IMG/VR virus record: IMGVR_UViG_3300037467_000284
Span: 1 to 64,000 of that record
DNA from: a virus
Length of the DNA: 64,000 nt
Strand: one strand, 5' to 3'
The notes below the pieces were generated by a model, which was not told the origin of the DNA, did not search any database, and worked only from the letters and a program-made list of their open reading frames with translations. Positions 1 through 8,125 of this stretch are shown piece after piece. A program made the translations under genes and the position numbers. The stretch's first letter is position 1. The number at the start of each line of letters is the position of its first letter.

Positions 1-183
1 AGCAACCCGTAATGCTTCGTTTCGGGGACGGAACACCTGCGCCAAGGCTCTGCAACGCTAAGCCTATCGAGATATGGATCAACCTCCTTTCGGAATTTGA
101 AACAGTGGCGACTACTCTAATTCTGCAACTAGCGGTACGAGCTTTCGCTCTTTTCTAGCTGCTTTATCTCTTACGTACTGCGT

Positions 184-212
184 ATTCTACACTACGTAGG
201 CTTACTTGTCAA
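184..212 (-). promoter_or_regulatory. sigma70-type promoter, leftward (transcribes out of the left window edge)
   Basis: Minus strand reads TTGACA (212-207), 17 nt, TAGAAT (189-184). The spacer ends in ACGTAGTG, as in other promoters of this window. Confidence 0.45.
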
Positions 213-222
213 GTTTTGATGC

Positions 223-783
223 TTACGCATCCGTTTTTGCTTCTTCACCGACAATTTTACCAAACCATTCGAGGTTGTCAACGTGGTTATTGGCGGGATT
301 ATCGTCCTTGTGCCGTACGTTGCGATGGCGGTTCGGATTAGGTAGGAACGTTAGAGCGATGAGGCGATGCACCGAGATACCGTTCGAGATGAACAGGTAA
401 CGTTTCTTCGAGTGCGGATTGGTTTTGGACTCCGTAGGCTTCAGCCACTTGTCGTGACTATGCGACCACACTCGTCCATCCCGTGTTACTGACCACTTCC
501 CGCCGTAGCCCTTGACCAAGACAGCTCCGGATGCCTCGTACTCTGCGATGCGGGCTGCTCGTGCTGCTTTCTCGGCCTCGACAGCCTCCACTACGTCCTT
601 TCCTACCTTCTCTATGCGTTTATCACGCTTGAGCGTCTTACGGACTTGGCGAAGCTGCTCTACGATGTCCGTACGCCCGTTTGCGGTGTACGTCTTGATC
701 GCAATGTGAAGAGCTTGGCGAGAGATGCCTTTAGCTCGTTCTACTGCTTCGTCCAAGGTCAAATCTTTCCAGCTCTTAGCCAT
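223..783 (-). CDS. HNH homing endonuclease
   Basis: 186-aa ORF with a GAGGA RBS before the ATG at 783. The C-terminal half carries VHRLIALTFLPNP...VRHKDDNPANNHVDNLEW, the HNH_3-type motif of phage homing endonucleases. Confidence 0.8.
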   Translation of the reverse strand: MAKSWKDLTLDEAVERAKGISRQALHIAIKTYTANGRTDIVEQLRQVRKTLKRDKRIEKVGKDVVEAVEAEKAARAARIAEYEASGAVLVKGYGGKWSVTRDGRVWSHSHDKWLKPTESKTNPHSKKRYLFISNGISVHRLIALTFLPNPNRHRNVRHKDDNPANNHVDNLEWFGKIVGEEAKTDA

Positions 784-951
784 CTATTCGTTCCTCGGTT
801 GTTTTAGTAAATGCCAGCCTAATTTCCTTGTTAGCCAGCTTCAGGCGGTAGGCAGGGCGAAGATCGGCTACTACGCAGCAGCCGCACCTAAGCACCTTGT
901 AACGCTTACCTCTCAATTTTGCTTGTCCTGCTGCCCAGTGCGAGCGCATGG

Positions 952-1284
952 TCACACCGACTGAATCGTGTTCATGTCTAGCCTTGGAGCGCTCGTCGCC
1001 TTCCCAGCGTCGGGGACGAGTGGGCGAGAGGGGCCACTAGCCTTCATCTCTGCGATCTGACGTTTCAGATCGTCGTCGTTGATTGCCTCGCTTACTCCGA
1101 TCTTGTAGTCGATCAGTTTGGCTGCACACTTCAGTCGCTCCTTCAACGGAGCATCCGCATCGTTCATCGTGGTAGCTAGCAGATCAACCGCCTCGGGCGT
1201 AACCTTGTCTAGCTGCTTCAACAGGTCATCGAGTTCGTGCTTTCGCTTCACGAACATCTTCCCCGGCGTTAGCGCTACTGCCAT
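952..1284 (-). CDS. hypothetical helical protein (function not assignable)
   Basis: The ORF track gives 952-1317 with a GTG start. I prefer the ATG at 1284, preceded by AGGAG (1298-1294), because the -10 of promoter 1309-1337 overlaps the longer form. Confidence 0.55.
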   Translation of the reverse strand: MAVALTPGKMFVKRKHELDDLLKQLDKVTPEAVDLLATTMNDADAPLKERLKCAAKLIDYKIGVSEAINDDDLKRQIAEMKASGPSRPLVPDAGKATSAPRLDMNTIQSV

Positions 1285-1308
1285 TCTTGTGTACTCCTGA
1301 AAATTCAT

Positions 1309-1337
1309 AGTGTACACTACGTACCTTCATTTGTCAA
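1309..1337 (-). promoter_or_regulatory. sigma70-type promoter, leftward
   Basis: Minus strand reads TTGACA (1337-1332), 17 nt, TACACT (1314-1309). It is followed by AGGAG and the ATG at 1284. Confidence 0.6.
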
Positions 1338-1421
1338 CTTTACGCAACAGTACATTATATATTTCTTATATAATACTTTACTTATATATTTTATAGTAGT
1401 ACTCTTAATTACTTATTGACT

Positions 1422-1440
1422 CCCCTCCTTACCGGAGGGG
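1422..1440. other. GC-rich hairpin inside an AT-rich control region
   Basis: CCCCTCC-TTACC-GGAGGGG is embedded in TTATATA-rich DNA between divergent promoters. There is no clear U-tract on either strand. Confidence 0.5.
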
Positions 1441-1498
1441 GTCTATAATTTATATATTCTATAGTACTCCCTCACTCGCTAGCGCTCGTTCGGTCGTT

Positions 1499-1527
1499 AT
1501 GTTACACTACGTTCTTTCGTTTGTCAA
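1499..1527 (-). promoter_or_regulatory. sigma70-type promoter, leftward (upstream member of a tandem pair)
   Basis: Minus strand reads TTGACA (1527-1522), 17 nt, TAACAT (1504-1499). The spacer ends in ACGTAGTG. It transcribes the ORF-free AT-rich segment 1490-1340. Confidence 0.5.
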
Positions 1528-1554
1528 CTTTAGAGCGTAAGCAACAAAGAAGTG

Positions 1555-1583
1555 TTGACAGAAGTCTCTTGACCTTGTACAAT
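1555..1583 (+). promoter_or_regulatory. sigma70-type promoter, rightward
   Basis: TTGACA (1555-1560), 17 nt, TACAAT (1578-1583), 30 nt upstream of the ATG at 1613. Confidence 0.65.
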
Positions 1584-1612
1584 GTGTATATTCTAAAGAA
1601 TAGGAGTAGTAA

Positions 1613-1858
1613 ATGAACTTCAGACCTAAGCAGTACTACGTAACTAAGCGGAATGAAGCCGCTGTAGAAGCAGCGGACAATACGCTCAATGTCTACTTTC
1701 GCAAGAACCTCACGGAGCTTGGTCACATCAAGGTAGGCAACTGTGCTTCGCACAAGGAAGCAATCTTGGCCGTCAAGGAGGCTCTGGTAGCCGAAGGCGA
1801 TGGCTTGCACAACAAGGCCGTTCTGGTCGCAATCAAAGGAGGAAAAATTGCAAACTGA
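1613..1858 (+). CDS. hypothetical protein
   Basis: 81 aa with an AGGAG RBS. It is the first gene after promoter 1555-1583. Confidence 0.6.
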   Translation: MNFRPKQYYVTKRNEAAVEAADNTLNVYFRKNLTELGHIKVGNCASHKEAILAVKEALVAEGDGLHNKAVLVAIKGGKIAN

Positions 1859-2138
1859 ATTTTTTGATATCGTGGAACACAATCTTGCTTCTTTCGCAAA
1901 AGAACTGGAGAGCAAGCTGCTCGACGGTTGGCAAATAAGCAAGACCAATCCGGGAGATGTCGTAGGGTTTTACGGTGGCACGTTCACTATCTCCCTCTTC
2001 CGCAATTACGAGACTGTTCAGCGGCTCCGCAGTCGAGTTGAAGGCGTTCAAGAAGCCCCGAAACTCTCCCGTGGAGAGAGCCTTGCGAGGGCACGAGCTG
2101 CAAAAGCTGACAAGAAATCAACGGGAAAAGCTGCTTGA
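1848..2138 (+). CDS. hypothetical protein
   Basis: TTG start 5 nt after AAGGAGG (1836-1842). It overlaps the end of the previous gene. The ORF-track form 1800-2138 has no RBS. Confidence 0.45.
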   Translation: MQTEFFDIVEHNLASFAKELESKLLDGWQISKTNPGDVVGFYGGTFTISLFRNYETVQRLRSRVEGVQEAPKLSRGESLARARAAKADKKSTGKAA

Positions 2139-2267
2139 CTCGCAATTGGTGCGAGGAAACAACACTTTCAGATAATCACGTTCAGTTTTTGTTCGCAAAC
2201 ACGCATAATGCTGATCAGCGGCAACACGCCGCAGAACGAACTGACAATACCAAGGAGAAATTTTCGT

Positions 2268-2648
2268 ATGAGCACCACTGCCCTGTCTATGCTGCGTCAC
2301 CACCTGAAGTCGAACCTGTTCCACATCAACTTCCTGCAAGACGAAATTCGTGCAGCTACGTGGGAAATTACGCAGTTCTACAACGCTAACAATCCGGAGG
2401 GGGCTTACTACGAAGAGCGCGACCGTGCCAAGCTGCGTAAGCAACTTGCCAAGCTGGTAGATATGCAGAAACGTATCAAGGTAGAAATCGCTGCCATCTT
2501 CCGTAACGAGCGTATCCAGCGCAAGTACGTAAAGGTGTTTGGCAAGCTGCCGCAGCAGCAGATCGCTACTTCGCACGAGCAAGAAGCGATGCTCGACCAA
2601 CTGTTGAAAGAAAAGTCGGCTTCGGAAGCTCTCGCAATCAGCGAGTAA
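2268..2648 (+). CDS. hypothetical protein (coiled-coil-like)
   Basis: ATG at 2268 preceded by AAGGAG. The longer track ORF from 2208 lacks an RBS. Confidence 0.55.
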   Translation: MSTTALSMLRHHLKSNLFHINFLQDEIRAATWEITQFYNANNPEGAYYEERDRAKLRKQLAKLVDMQKRIKVEIAAIFRNERIQRKYVKVFGKLPQQQIATSHEQEAMLDQLLKEKSASEALAISE

Positions 2649-2655
2649 AAAGTAC

Positions 2656-2684
2656 TTGACCGTCTGCATTTTGTACGGCACAAT
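2656..2684 (+). promoter_or_regulatory. sigma70-type promoter
   Basis: TTGACC (2656-2661), 17 nt, CACAAT (2679-2684), upstream of the recombinase gene. Confidence 0.5.
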
Positions 2685-2716
2685 CCTCCTATCGAACTCA
2701 TCCGGCAGGAGGCAAT

Positions 2717-3385
2717 GTGAAAAAGATCATCGGCTACACCCGCGTATCGACCAAAGAGCAGGGCAAGACCCGGAACGGTCTTGAAGCGCAGGCGGAAGCT
2801 ATTCGGCTGTTCTGCCAGTACAACGGTTACGAATTGATCGAGATTGCTGAGGAAGTGCAATCCGGTGCTGACGATGATCGTCCTGTCCTCGCTGCCGTGA
2901 CAAAGCGTGCCAAAATGCTTGGAGCATTTGTGGTCGTGAACAAGCTAGATCGTTTGTCGCGTAGTGCCATCTTCATCCTGAACTACGTTCAGCAAAACTC
3001 AAAGTTCATCGTGACGATGCTTGGCGAGGACGTTGACCCGTTCATGCTGCACATATACGCGGGTTTGGCCGAGAAAGAGCGGCTGATGATTTCCGACCGG
3101 ACCCGCGCTGGTCTTCAGGCCAAGAAAGCCCGTGGCGAGGCTCTAGGGGCGTCCAAAGACGTTCTTGCGAGGGCTACGACCAACTCGCACATCACGATCA
3201 AGGCCAACGCTGACGCTTTCGCTGAACGCCTGAAGCCGATGATTAGCCGGATGCTCGCAGCCGGGATGTCGTATCGGGCCATCGCAGAAGAATTAAACAG
3301 CACTGGGACCAAGACAGTCCGGGGCGGCAACTGGCACGCCAGTTCCGTGAGCAATCTCGTTGAACGTTTGGCTACGGAGGCTTAA
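2717..3385 (+). CDS. serine recombinase (resolvase/invertase family)
   Basis: GTG start after GGAGG. The N-terminus MKKIIGYTRVSTKEQ is the catalytic-serine motif of resolvases. The C-terminus has an HTH-like segment, GMSYRAIAEELN. Confidence 0.8.
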   Translation: MKKIIGYTRVSTKEQGKTRNGLEAQAEAIRLFCQYNGYELIEIAEEVQSGADDDRPVLAAVTKRAKMLGAFVVVNKLDRLSRSAIFILNYVQQNSKFIVTMLGEDVDPFMLHIYAGLAEKERLMISDRTRAGLQAKKARGEALGASKDVLARATTNSHITIKANADAFAERLKPMISRMLAAGMSYRAIAEELNSTGTKTVRGGNWHASSVSNLVERLATEA

Positions 3386-3616
3386 ATGTGGTTTGGAACA
3401 TATTGCCTTGACCTATACTGCGACAATAGCGGTCCCGCAAGGGATGGGGCGACAATGGAGAACTATGACGGCATCCATGCCTTCCAAGAGTTCCCAAAGC
3501 AATACACGGGGGAGCACGGGTCTGCTTGCCGTGCTCAGGCCCGTAAGGACGGGTGGATCATACGTGGCGACGGTTCGGCTATCTGTCCTAAGTGCAGCGG
3601 CAAAACACGGAAGTAA
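3386..3616 (+). CDS. hypothetical protein with C-terminal zinc-ribbon-like motif
   Basis: 76 aa with its ATG directly after the recombinase stop. The protein ends in ...CPKCSGKTRK. Confidence 0.5.
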   Translation: MWFGTYCLDLYCDNSGPARDGATMENYDGIHAFQEFPKQYTGEHGSACRAQARKDGWIIRGDGSAICPKCSGKTRK

Positions 3617-3662
3617 AGTTCGCCGGGAGTGTCCCGGCTCTTTAACCAAAAGGAGAAGAAAA

Positions 3663-4214
3663 ATGAGTGAAATTGACATGATCATCATCGCAGGCGCGGC
3701 AGGTTTCGCGTTGGCTGCACACGCGGGCCAGAAACGCAAATATACTGGCGAGGACTATTACCATCACCCGAAGCGTGTGTGCGAGACTCTTGAGGCTCAC
3801 GGTCACAAAGATGTCGAAACTCTGGTTGCGGGCCTCCTACACGATGTCGTAGAGGACACGCACGTTACGCAAGAACAGATAATCGAGTATTTCGGCAACG
3901 ATGTTGCGGTTCTCGTGGGCTGGTTGACGAAGACTGGATGGGACGCACCGGCTCCTGCTCGTGCAGAGCGCAAAGCGTTCGAAGTGGCACGCCTGAAGGA
4001 TGCACCGTCCAAGGTAAAGACGATCAAGCTGGCGGATCGGTTGGATAACCTGCCGTCCGTGATCGAGCACGATCCGAAATTCGCTCCCGTCATCGTTGCG
4101 GAGACGCGTGAGCTGCTGGACGGAGCCCTCGTCGGCGGTTGCCCGAAGCTCTGGGCGAAGGTAGACGCGATTGTACGCGAATTTCAATCGAAACAGCTTG
4201 ACAAGGTAGCGTAA
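3663..4214 (+). CDS. RelA/SpoT-type HD-domain small alarmone hydrolase ((p)ppGpp/(p)ppApp hydrolase-like)
   Basis: ATG at 3663 after AAGGAG. HAGQKRKYTGEDYYHHP...AGLLHDVVEDT matches the SpoT/Mesh1 hydrolase HD signature. The 183-aa single-domain protein has no synthetase part. Confidence 0.75.
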   Translation: MSEIDMIIIAGAAGFALAAHAGQKRKYTGEDYYHHPKRVCETLEAHGHKDVETLVAGLLHDVVEDTHVTQEQIIEYFGNDVAVLVGWLTKTGWDAPAPARAERKAFEVARLKDAPSKVKTIKLADRLDNLPSVIEHDPKFAPVIVAETRELLDGALVGGCPKLWAKVDAIVREFQSKQLDKVA

Positions 4215-4227
4215 GTAGTACTACAAT
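4198..4227 (+). promoter_or_regulatory. sigma70-type promoter
   Basis: TTGACA (4198-4203), 18 nt, TACAAT (4222-4227), inside the 3' end of the HD gene and 30 nt before the rtcB start. Confidence 0.6.
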
Positions 4228-4256
4228 CCTACCTGTCAACTAACTAAGGAGAACAT

Positions 4257-5504
4257 ATGCAAGAACGTACCACTGCGAAGATGGTTATCCCTTCGGAAAA
4301 CGGCTCCCGTCCCATCAAGGTTTGGACGACCGATGTCGAAGACGAAGCCATGACGCAACTCAAGAACCTCTCCCGCCTGCCCTTCATTGCGAAGGAAGGT
4401 GTAGCCTGTATGCCGGATGTCCACGCGGGCAAGGGTAGCACCGTAGGAACCGTTATCGCCACGGATAAGGCGATCATCCCGGCTGCGGTAGGTGTGGACA
4501 TTGGTTGCGGCATGGTGGCTACCCGCCTGTCGCTGAAGGCGCACCAGTTGCCGGATTCCCTAGCACGGATTCGTTCGGAAATCGAACGTGTCGTACCGAT
4601 GGGTACTGGCGGCAACCACACTGCCAAGACCGGCCTGATGAACGAGAACGGCTCTCGTATGGGTCCGTACGGATGGCTGGTCCACTCGCTGCGTAACAAC
4701 GATGCGGTGTCGAAAGTCTTCGGTGGGGACGCTGGTAAAGCTGGCGAAAAGGCGTGGAGCCAAGTCGGTACTCTGGGATCGGGGAACCACTTCATCGAAA
4801 TCTGTATCGACCAGAACGACGATGTGTGGGTAATGCTGCACTCCGGTTCCCGTGGCATCGGCAACATGATCGGTCAGTACTACATCGACAAGGGTAAGGA
4901 ACTGATGGAGCAGTTTCACATTACGCTACCTGATGGCGACCTCGCCTACCTGCCGCAAGGGACCGACCTGTTCGAAGACTACGTAGCTGCCGTCCAGTGG
5001 GCGCAGGACTACGCGATGGAAAATCGCAAGTGGATGCTGAAAGCAGTGCTCGATGTGCTTCGCCGTGAGATTCCGGTAACGTTCGGTATCACGGAAGAGG
5101 CAATCAACTGCCACCACAACTACGTAGTACAGGAGAACCATTTTGGAAAGAACCTGTGGATCACTCGCAAAGGCGCTATCCGTGCCCGTGAAGGCGATCT
5201 GGGCATCATTCCGGGCTCGATGGGAGCAAAGAGCTACATCGTACGCGGGAAAGGCAACAAAGAGTCCTACTGCTCGTGCTCGCACGGGGCGGGGCGTAAG
5301 ATGTCACGGTCGAAGGCCCGTCAGATGTTCACTGTCGCTGACCTGAAGGCACAAACGCAGGGCGTAGAGTGCCGTAAGGACGATGCAGTACTTGACGAGA
5401 TTCCGGGCTCGTACAAAGACATTGACGTAGTGATGGAAAACCAGAAGTCTTTGGTTGAAGTTGTACATACGCTACGCGCTGTTCTTTGCTGCAAGGGTGC
5501 GTGA
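4257..5504 (+). CDS. rtcB: RtcB-family RNA 3'-phosphate ligase
   Basis: 415 aa with an AAGGAG RBS. GSGNHFIE, HSGSRGIGN, CHHNY and CSHGAGR motifs are characteristic of RtcB. Confidence 0.9.
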   Translation: MQERTTAKMVIPSENGSRPIKVWTTDVEDEAMTQLKNLSRLPFIAKEGVACMPDVHAGKGSTVGTVIATDKAIIPAAVGVDIGCGMVATRLSLKAHQLPDSLARIRSEIERVVPMGTGGNHTAKTGLMNENGSRMGPYGWLVHSLRNNDAVSKVFGGDAGKAGEKAWSQVGTLGSGNHFIEICIDQNDDVWVMLHSGSRGIGNMIGQYYIDKGKELMEQFHITLPDGDLAYLPQGTDLFEDYVAAVQWAQDYAMENRKWMLKAVLDVLRREIPVTFGITEEAINCHHNYVVQENHFGKNLWITRKGAIRAREGDLGIIPGSMGAKSYIVRGKGNKESYCSCSHGAGRKMSRSKARQMFTVADLKAQTQGVECRKDDAVLDEIPGSYKDIDVVMENQKSLVEVVHTLRAVLCCKGA

Positions 5505-5740
5505 TGAAAGCCGCCACCATAATAGCGTGGGCTGCGATCATTGGTCTCTTCGCCGGGGTCATCTACGGCCTTAACATGAACGCTGTCCGGGCTGCGGAGC
5601 AGAAGGAGAGGATTCAGGCATTCTCTGCTAAGTTCCACTGCCAGCCGGAAGGCTACGTAGCAACGCGGAACGAGCCAGTCCGTACCTACCGCTGCGACAA
5701 CGGTTTGTTTGTCGCTAACGACATGAAGGACACCAAATGA
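5504..5740 (+). CDS. small membrane protein
   Basis: ATG overlaps the rtcB stop (TGATG). It has an N-terminal hydrophobic helix. Confidence 0.55.
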   Translation: MKAATIIAWAAIIGLFAGVIYGLNMNAVRAAEQKERIQAFSAKFHCQPEGYVATRNEPVRTYRCDNGLFVANDMKDTK

Positions 5741-5946
5741 TGATTGCCCCAGTAGCAGCGGTGATTGTTGCGAACAACGCAGCTACCCGCAGGTACGGTT
5801 ACGGACGCGTTGCTGCTGGCAAGGCCAACATGGTCGGTGGAGCTGGGACCGACCCAGACAACATCGGCTGGTCGATTGTCTTTGGCCTGCTTGCTGGCTT
5901 CGCTATTGTAGCGGTAATCTTCGTAGCAGCAGCTTTGACGAAATAA
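5737..5946 (+). CDS. small membrane protein
   Basis: 69 aa with an ATGA overlap with the upstream gene. It has two hydrophobic segments. Confidence 0.55.
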   Translation: MMIAPVAAVIVANNAATRRYGYGRVAAGKANMVGGAGTDPDNIGWSIVFGLLAGFAIVAVIFVAAALTK

Positions 5947-5957
5947 GGAGGGGAGGT

Positions 5958-6215
5958 ATGGTGTCAATCGAGTACAAAGGAACGTTCGCTGCTAAGGGTA
6001 GCGAACTGTACAAAGCCATTACGGAGAAACGCCCAGACGATGCTAAACGCATCTATGCGGAGACGACATCTCGTATGTACGCTCTGCTGAATAAGCTGGC
6101 TGTCCCTCGTGCCATCTTCGAGCTAGACAAGGAAGGGAAGGCTACGGGCAAATGGCATATCGAGTCGGCTGACGCCTCCTACGACAACAACGGACGCTTC
6201 AAGGAGAAGAAATGA
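5958..6215 (+). CDS. hypothetical protein
   Basis: 85 aa with a GGAGGGGAGG RBS. Confidence 0.6.
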   Translation: MVSIEYKGTFAAKGSELYKAITEKRPDDAKRIYAETTSRMYALLNKLAVPRAIFELDKEGKATGKWHIESADASYDNNGRFKEKK

Positions 6216-6535
6216 AATACGAGCTAGGACAAAAGCTGGAAATCCATAGCCTACCTAATATTGCCGAGCTTCCTAGCTTGAATGGTAGCATTGTCTTCGT
6301 AAAGTCCCTTCCGGGAACCCATGCCGTCTTCACCGGGGCTTACGGAGTGCTTACGAAGGAAGGCAAGATCGAGTGGGTTGCAGAACGCTACCTTCGTCCT
6401 TACCCCCCAGAACTACCGAATGGACGCGGAGACACCGACAATAAGAGTACGTGGGAAGAGTTTCGTAAGGCTACCAACCTGTCTACGGAACAGATGGACC
6501 GTATTCGTGGCTTGAACTCCAACCCGGACTACTGA
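6212..6535 (+). CDS. hypothetical protein
   Basis: 107 aa with an ATGA overlap with the previous gene. Confidence 0.6.
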   Translation: MKYELGQKLEIHSLPNIAELPSLNGSIVFVKSLPGTHAVFTGAYGVLTKEGKIEWVAERYLRPYPPELPNGRGDTDNKSTWEEFRKATNLSTEQMDRIRGLNSNPDY

Positions 6536-6536
6536 C

Positions 6537-6737
6537 ATGGTAGAACGAGAGGAATACAACTACGAAGCACACAATTTCAGCCTTCGTATTGGAGGAAAGC
6601 AATACTGCGTCAAGTGTGGCCTGTTCGGCCTGAACAATGCGTTCTCCGACTGGGCTGTGCGGATGGGATGTAATCACCGGGATCATCCCTCCTACGCTAA
6701 CAAGCGTTACGACACTACCAAACTGCCCGGATTTTAA
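6537..6737 (+). CDS. hypothetical Cys-containing small protein
   Basis: 66 aa starting 1 nt after the previous stop. It contains CVKC...C..H. Confidence 0.5.
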   Translation: MVEREEYNYEAHNFSLRIGGKQYCVKCGLFGLNNAFSDWAVRMGCNHRDHPSYANKRYDTTKLPGF

Positions 6738-6753
6738 CCAAGGAGGGAAACAA

Positions 6754-7083
6754 GTGAAGATCAAATGGGATACTAGCAGCAGTATTTACGAAGTAATGAA
6801 GGGAAGCAGAGGGGATTTCGTGTCCCTGCTCGTGCTGGATCGTGGAGACTCTGGGGTAAAAGAGGCGGGATACGTCTACAAAGACTACTGCGGGAAAGCC
6901 GATCTTGATGCATGGATTGACTCCGGGAGTGTCATTGTTCTGGACGTTCTGGACGAACAGAAGAATGAATCTGCTCCCGAATTCCTCAAAGTGGGCGTGG
7001 ACAGCTCTGAACTGGAGAAAGCCCTTACTATGGCGAAGGAACTGGAAGCAACGTTGCTCCGAATCAAGAGCATGTTCGCATGA
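6754..7083 (+). CDS. hypothetical protein
   Basis: GTG at 6754 preceded by AAGGAGGG. The track ORF from 6637 overlaps the previous gene and has no RBS. Confidence 0.5.
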   Translation: MKIKWDTSSSIYEVMKGSRGDFVSLLVLDRGDSGVKEAGYVYKDYCGKADLDAWIDSGSVIVLDVLDEQKNESAPEFLKVGVDSSELEKALTMAKELEATLLRIKSMFA

Positions 7084-7177
7084 CATAGCTCAATGACAAC
7101 TTATGTTGTCGATGTACTATGTGTTCATGGCATCCCGTTCATTGCGTCCGGGAGCCAAGAAAGGAGGCCGTCAACCT

Positions 7178-7264
7178 GTGAGCCGTATAATCGCTGTTGG
7201 CAGTGCAATCTCGCTTCTCCTGCTGCTTGGCGTGCTGGCTGCTGCAATCCGGTACGCTTCGTAG
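7178..7264 (+). CDS. possible 28-aa hydrophobic peptide
   Basis: GTG start 8 nt after AAGGAGG. Product MSRIIAVGSAISLLLLLGVLAAAIRYAS. Below the ORF-track cutoff and found manually. Confidence 0.3.
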   Translation: MSRIIAVGSAISLLLLLGVLAAAIRYAS

Positions 7265-7312
7265 GACGCTAGCTGTCGCTGTCTCGCAAACACCTCATCT
7301 CGCGTCAACACA

Positions 7313-7340
7313 AGCCCCGCTTCGGCGGGGCTTTCCTTCC
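7313..7340 (+). terminator. rho-independent terminator
   Basis: AGCCCCGC-TTCG-GCGGGGCT followed by TTTCCTTCC. It closes the rightward 1613-7264 cassette. Confidence 0.7.
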
Positions 7341-7359
7341 TTCCCTGTTGAGGCCCATC

Positions 7360-7509
7360 ATGCGCTGGCTATTTGAATTCCTCTGCATTTTCATCCGGGC
7401 CTGCTTGTACACCGCCATCGTTCTGACAGCGGTGGTATTGATATTCTCCCTCATCTTCGCAGTGCTTTGCCCTCACTTCAACATTCTGGACCCCCATTCC
7501 TGCCGCTAG
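7360..7509 (+). CDS. possible 49-aa membrane protein
   Basis: ATG 6 nt after GAGG. The product is hydrophobic. Its stop overlaps the stop of the convergent gene 7506-7778. Found manually. Confidence 0.4.
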   Translation: MRWLFEFLCIFIRACLYTAIVLTAVVLIFSLIFAVLCPHFNILDPHSCR

Positions 7510-7778
7510 GCATTATCGTTCACGCTCTCTACAGTGACAGGCGGAGGCCACGGGGACTCCCTCACTAGCCACATACCTCTTTCCGGATCGAGGTGATACG
7601 CACGGCAAAGCGCTGCCTTGGCGTCTCGTTCGTTACGTCCCCACAGCCTCCCCATCCACCGGGCATTCAGGAAAATATCGTAATGCTTGCCCGGATAGCT
7701 CGTCATTCCTATCCCTCTCGCCATGTCTCCGGCCGCTAGACGGAGCCAGCGGGAGAAATCATCCTCTTGCGTTTCCAT
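7506..7778 (-). CDS. hypothetical protein
   Basis: 90 aa with an AGGGG RBS-like element 6 nt upstream. Confidence 0.5.
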   Translation of the reverse strand: METQEDDFSRWLRLAAGDMARGIGMTSYPGKHYDIFLNARWMGRLWGRNERDAKAALCRAYHLDPERGMWLVRESPWPPPVTVESVNDNA

Positions 7779-7963
7779 TTCAGCCCCTATAAATCAAGAT
7801 AACCCCTTGATTTTAAAAATAAAATTTAAAATTTGCCTATGGCAGCACATTATATCGCCAATGGCGAAATATATCTTGCACCAAAACAGCAGAGTTTGAA
7901 CCGAATTGTCTATGAGAAAGGGCATCCAGGAATGCTCATCTTGAGCAAGAGCGAGGGGTGACT

Positions 7964-8125
7964 TTAACTCCGGAGAATTGCCGCCTTAGCTGCGGTTTCA
8001 AGAGCCACTTTAAGCTCTTTAAGGTCAATAGGATCAGCGTTAAGGAACTCTTCAACGTAAGCCTTGAGAACCTCGACGGAATCTAGATGATCTTCGACAT
8101 TAAAGGGGAGCGTTTCGCCTGCCAT
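7964..8125 (-). CDS. small protein resembling the N-terminal part of COG3636/HigA-like antidote proteins (no HTH part)
   Basis: ATG at 8125 preceded by AGGAGG. FNVEDHLDSVEVLKAYVEEFLNADP...ALETAAKA resembles the F..a.yLDs.E.i.aYL motif of that family. Only 53 aa. The similarity is from memory. Confidence 0.45.
   Translation of the reverse strand: MAGETLPFNVEDHLDSVEVLKAYVEEFLNADPIDLKELKVALETAAKAAILRS

Noticed and set aside
1-95. Possible minus-strand ORF running out of the left edge after AGGAGG (about position 95)
   Set aside because: There is no ATG or GTG at suitable spacing. Only a TTG lies directly abutting the RBS, and the ORF is truncated by the window. It cannot be supported.
2130-2190. 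Promoter at TTGACT (2132) with GATAAT downstream
   Set aside because: The spacing between the hexamers is about 30 nt. The intervening CTCGCA-ATTGG-TGCGAG hairpin is more likely a weak terminator or RNA structure.
2717-3385. Calling the window a prophage or integrative element because of the serine recombinase
   Set aside because: There is no att site, repressor/Cro switch or host flanking genes in the window. The small resolvase-type enzyme could equally be an invertase or a resolution function. Lifestyle cannot be decided from this sequence.
7506-8125. Toxin-antitoxin pair formed by 7506-7778 and the HigA-like fragment 7964-8125
   Set aside because: The genes are separated by about 185 bp of hairpin-containing DNA. 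The antidote-like protein lacks its HTH domain. The partner shows no RelE/HigB-like features that I can recognise.
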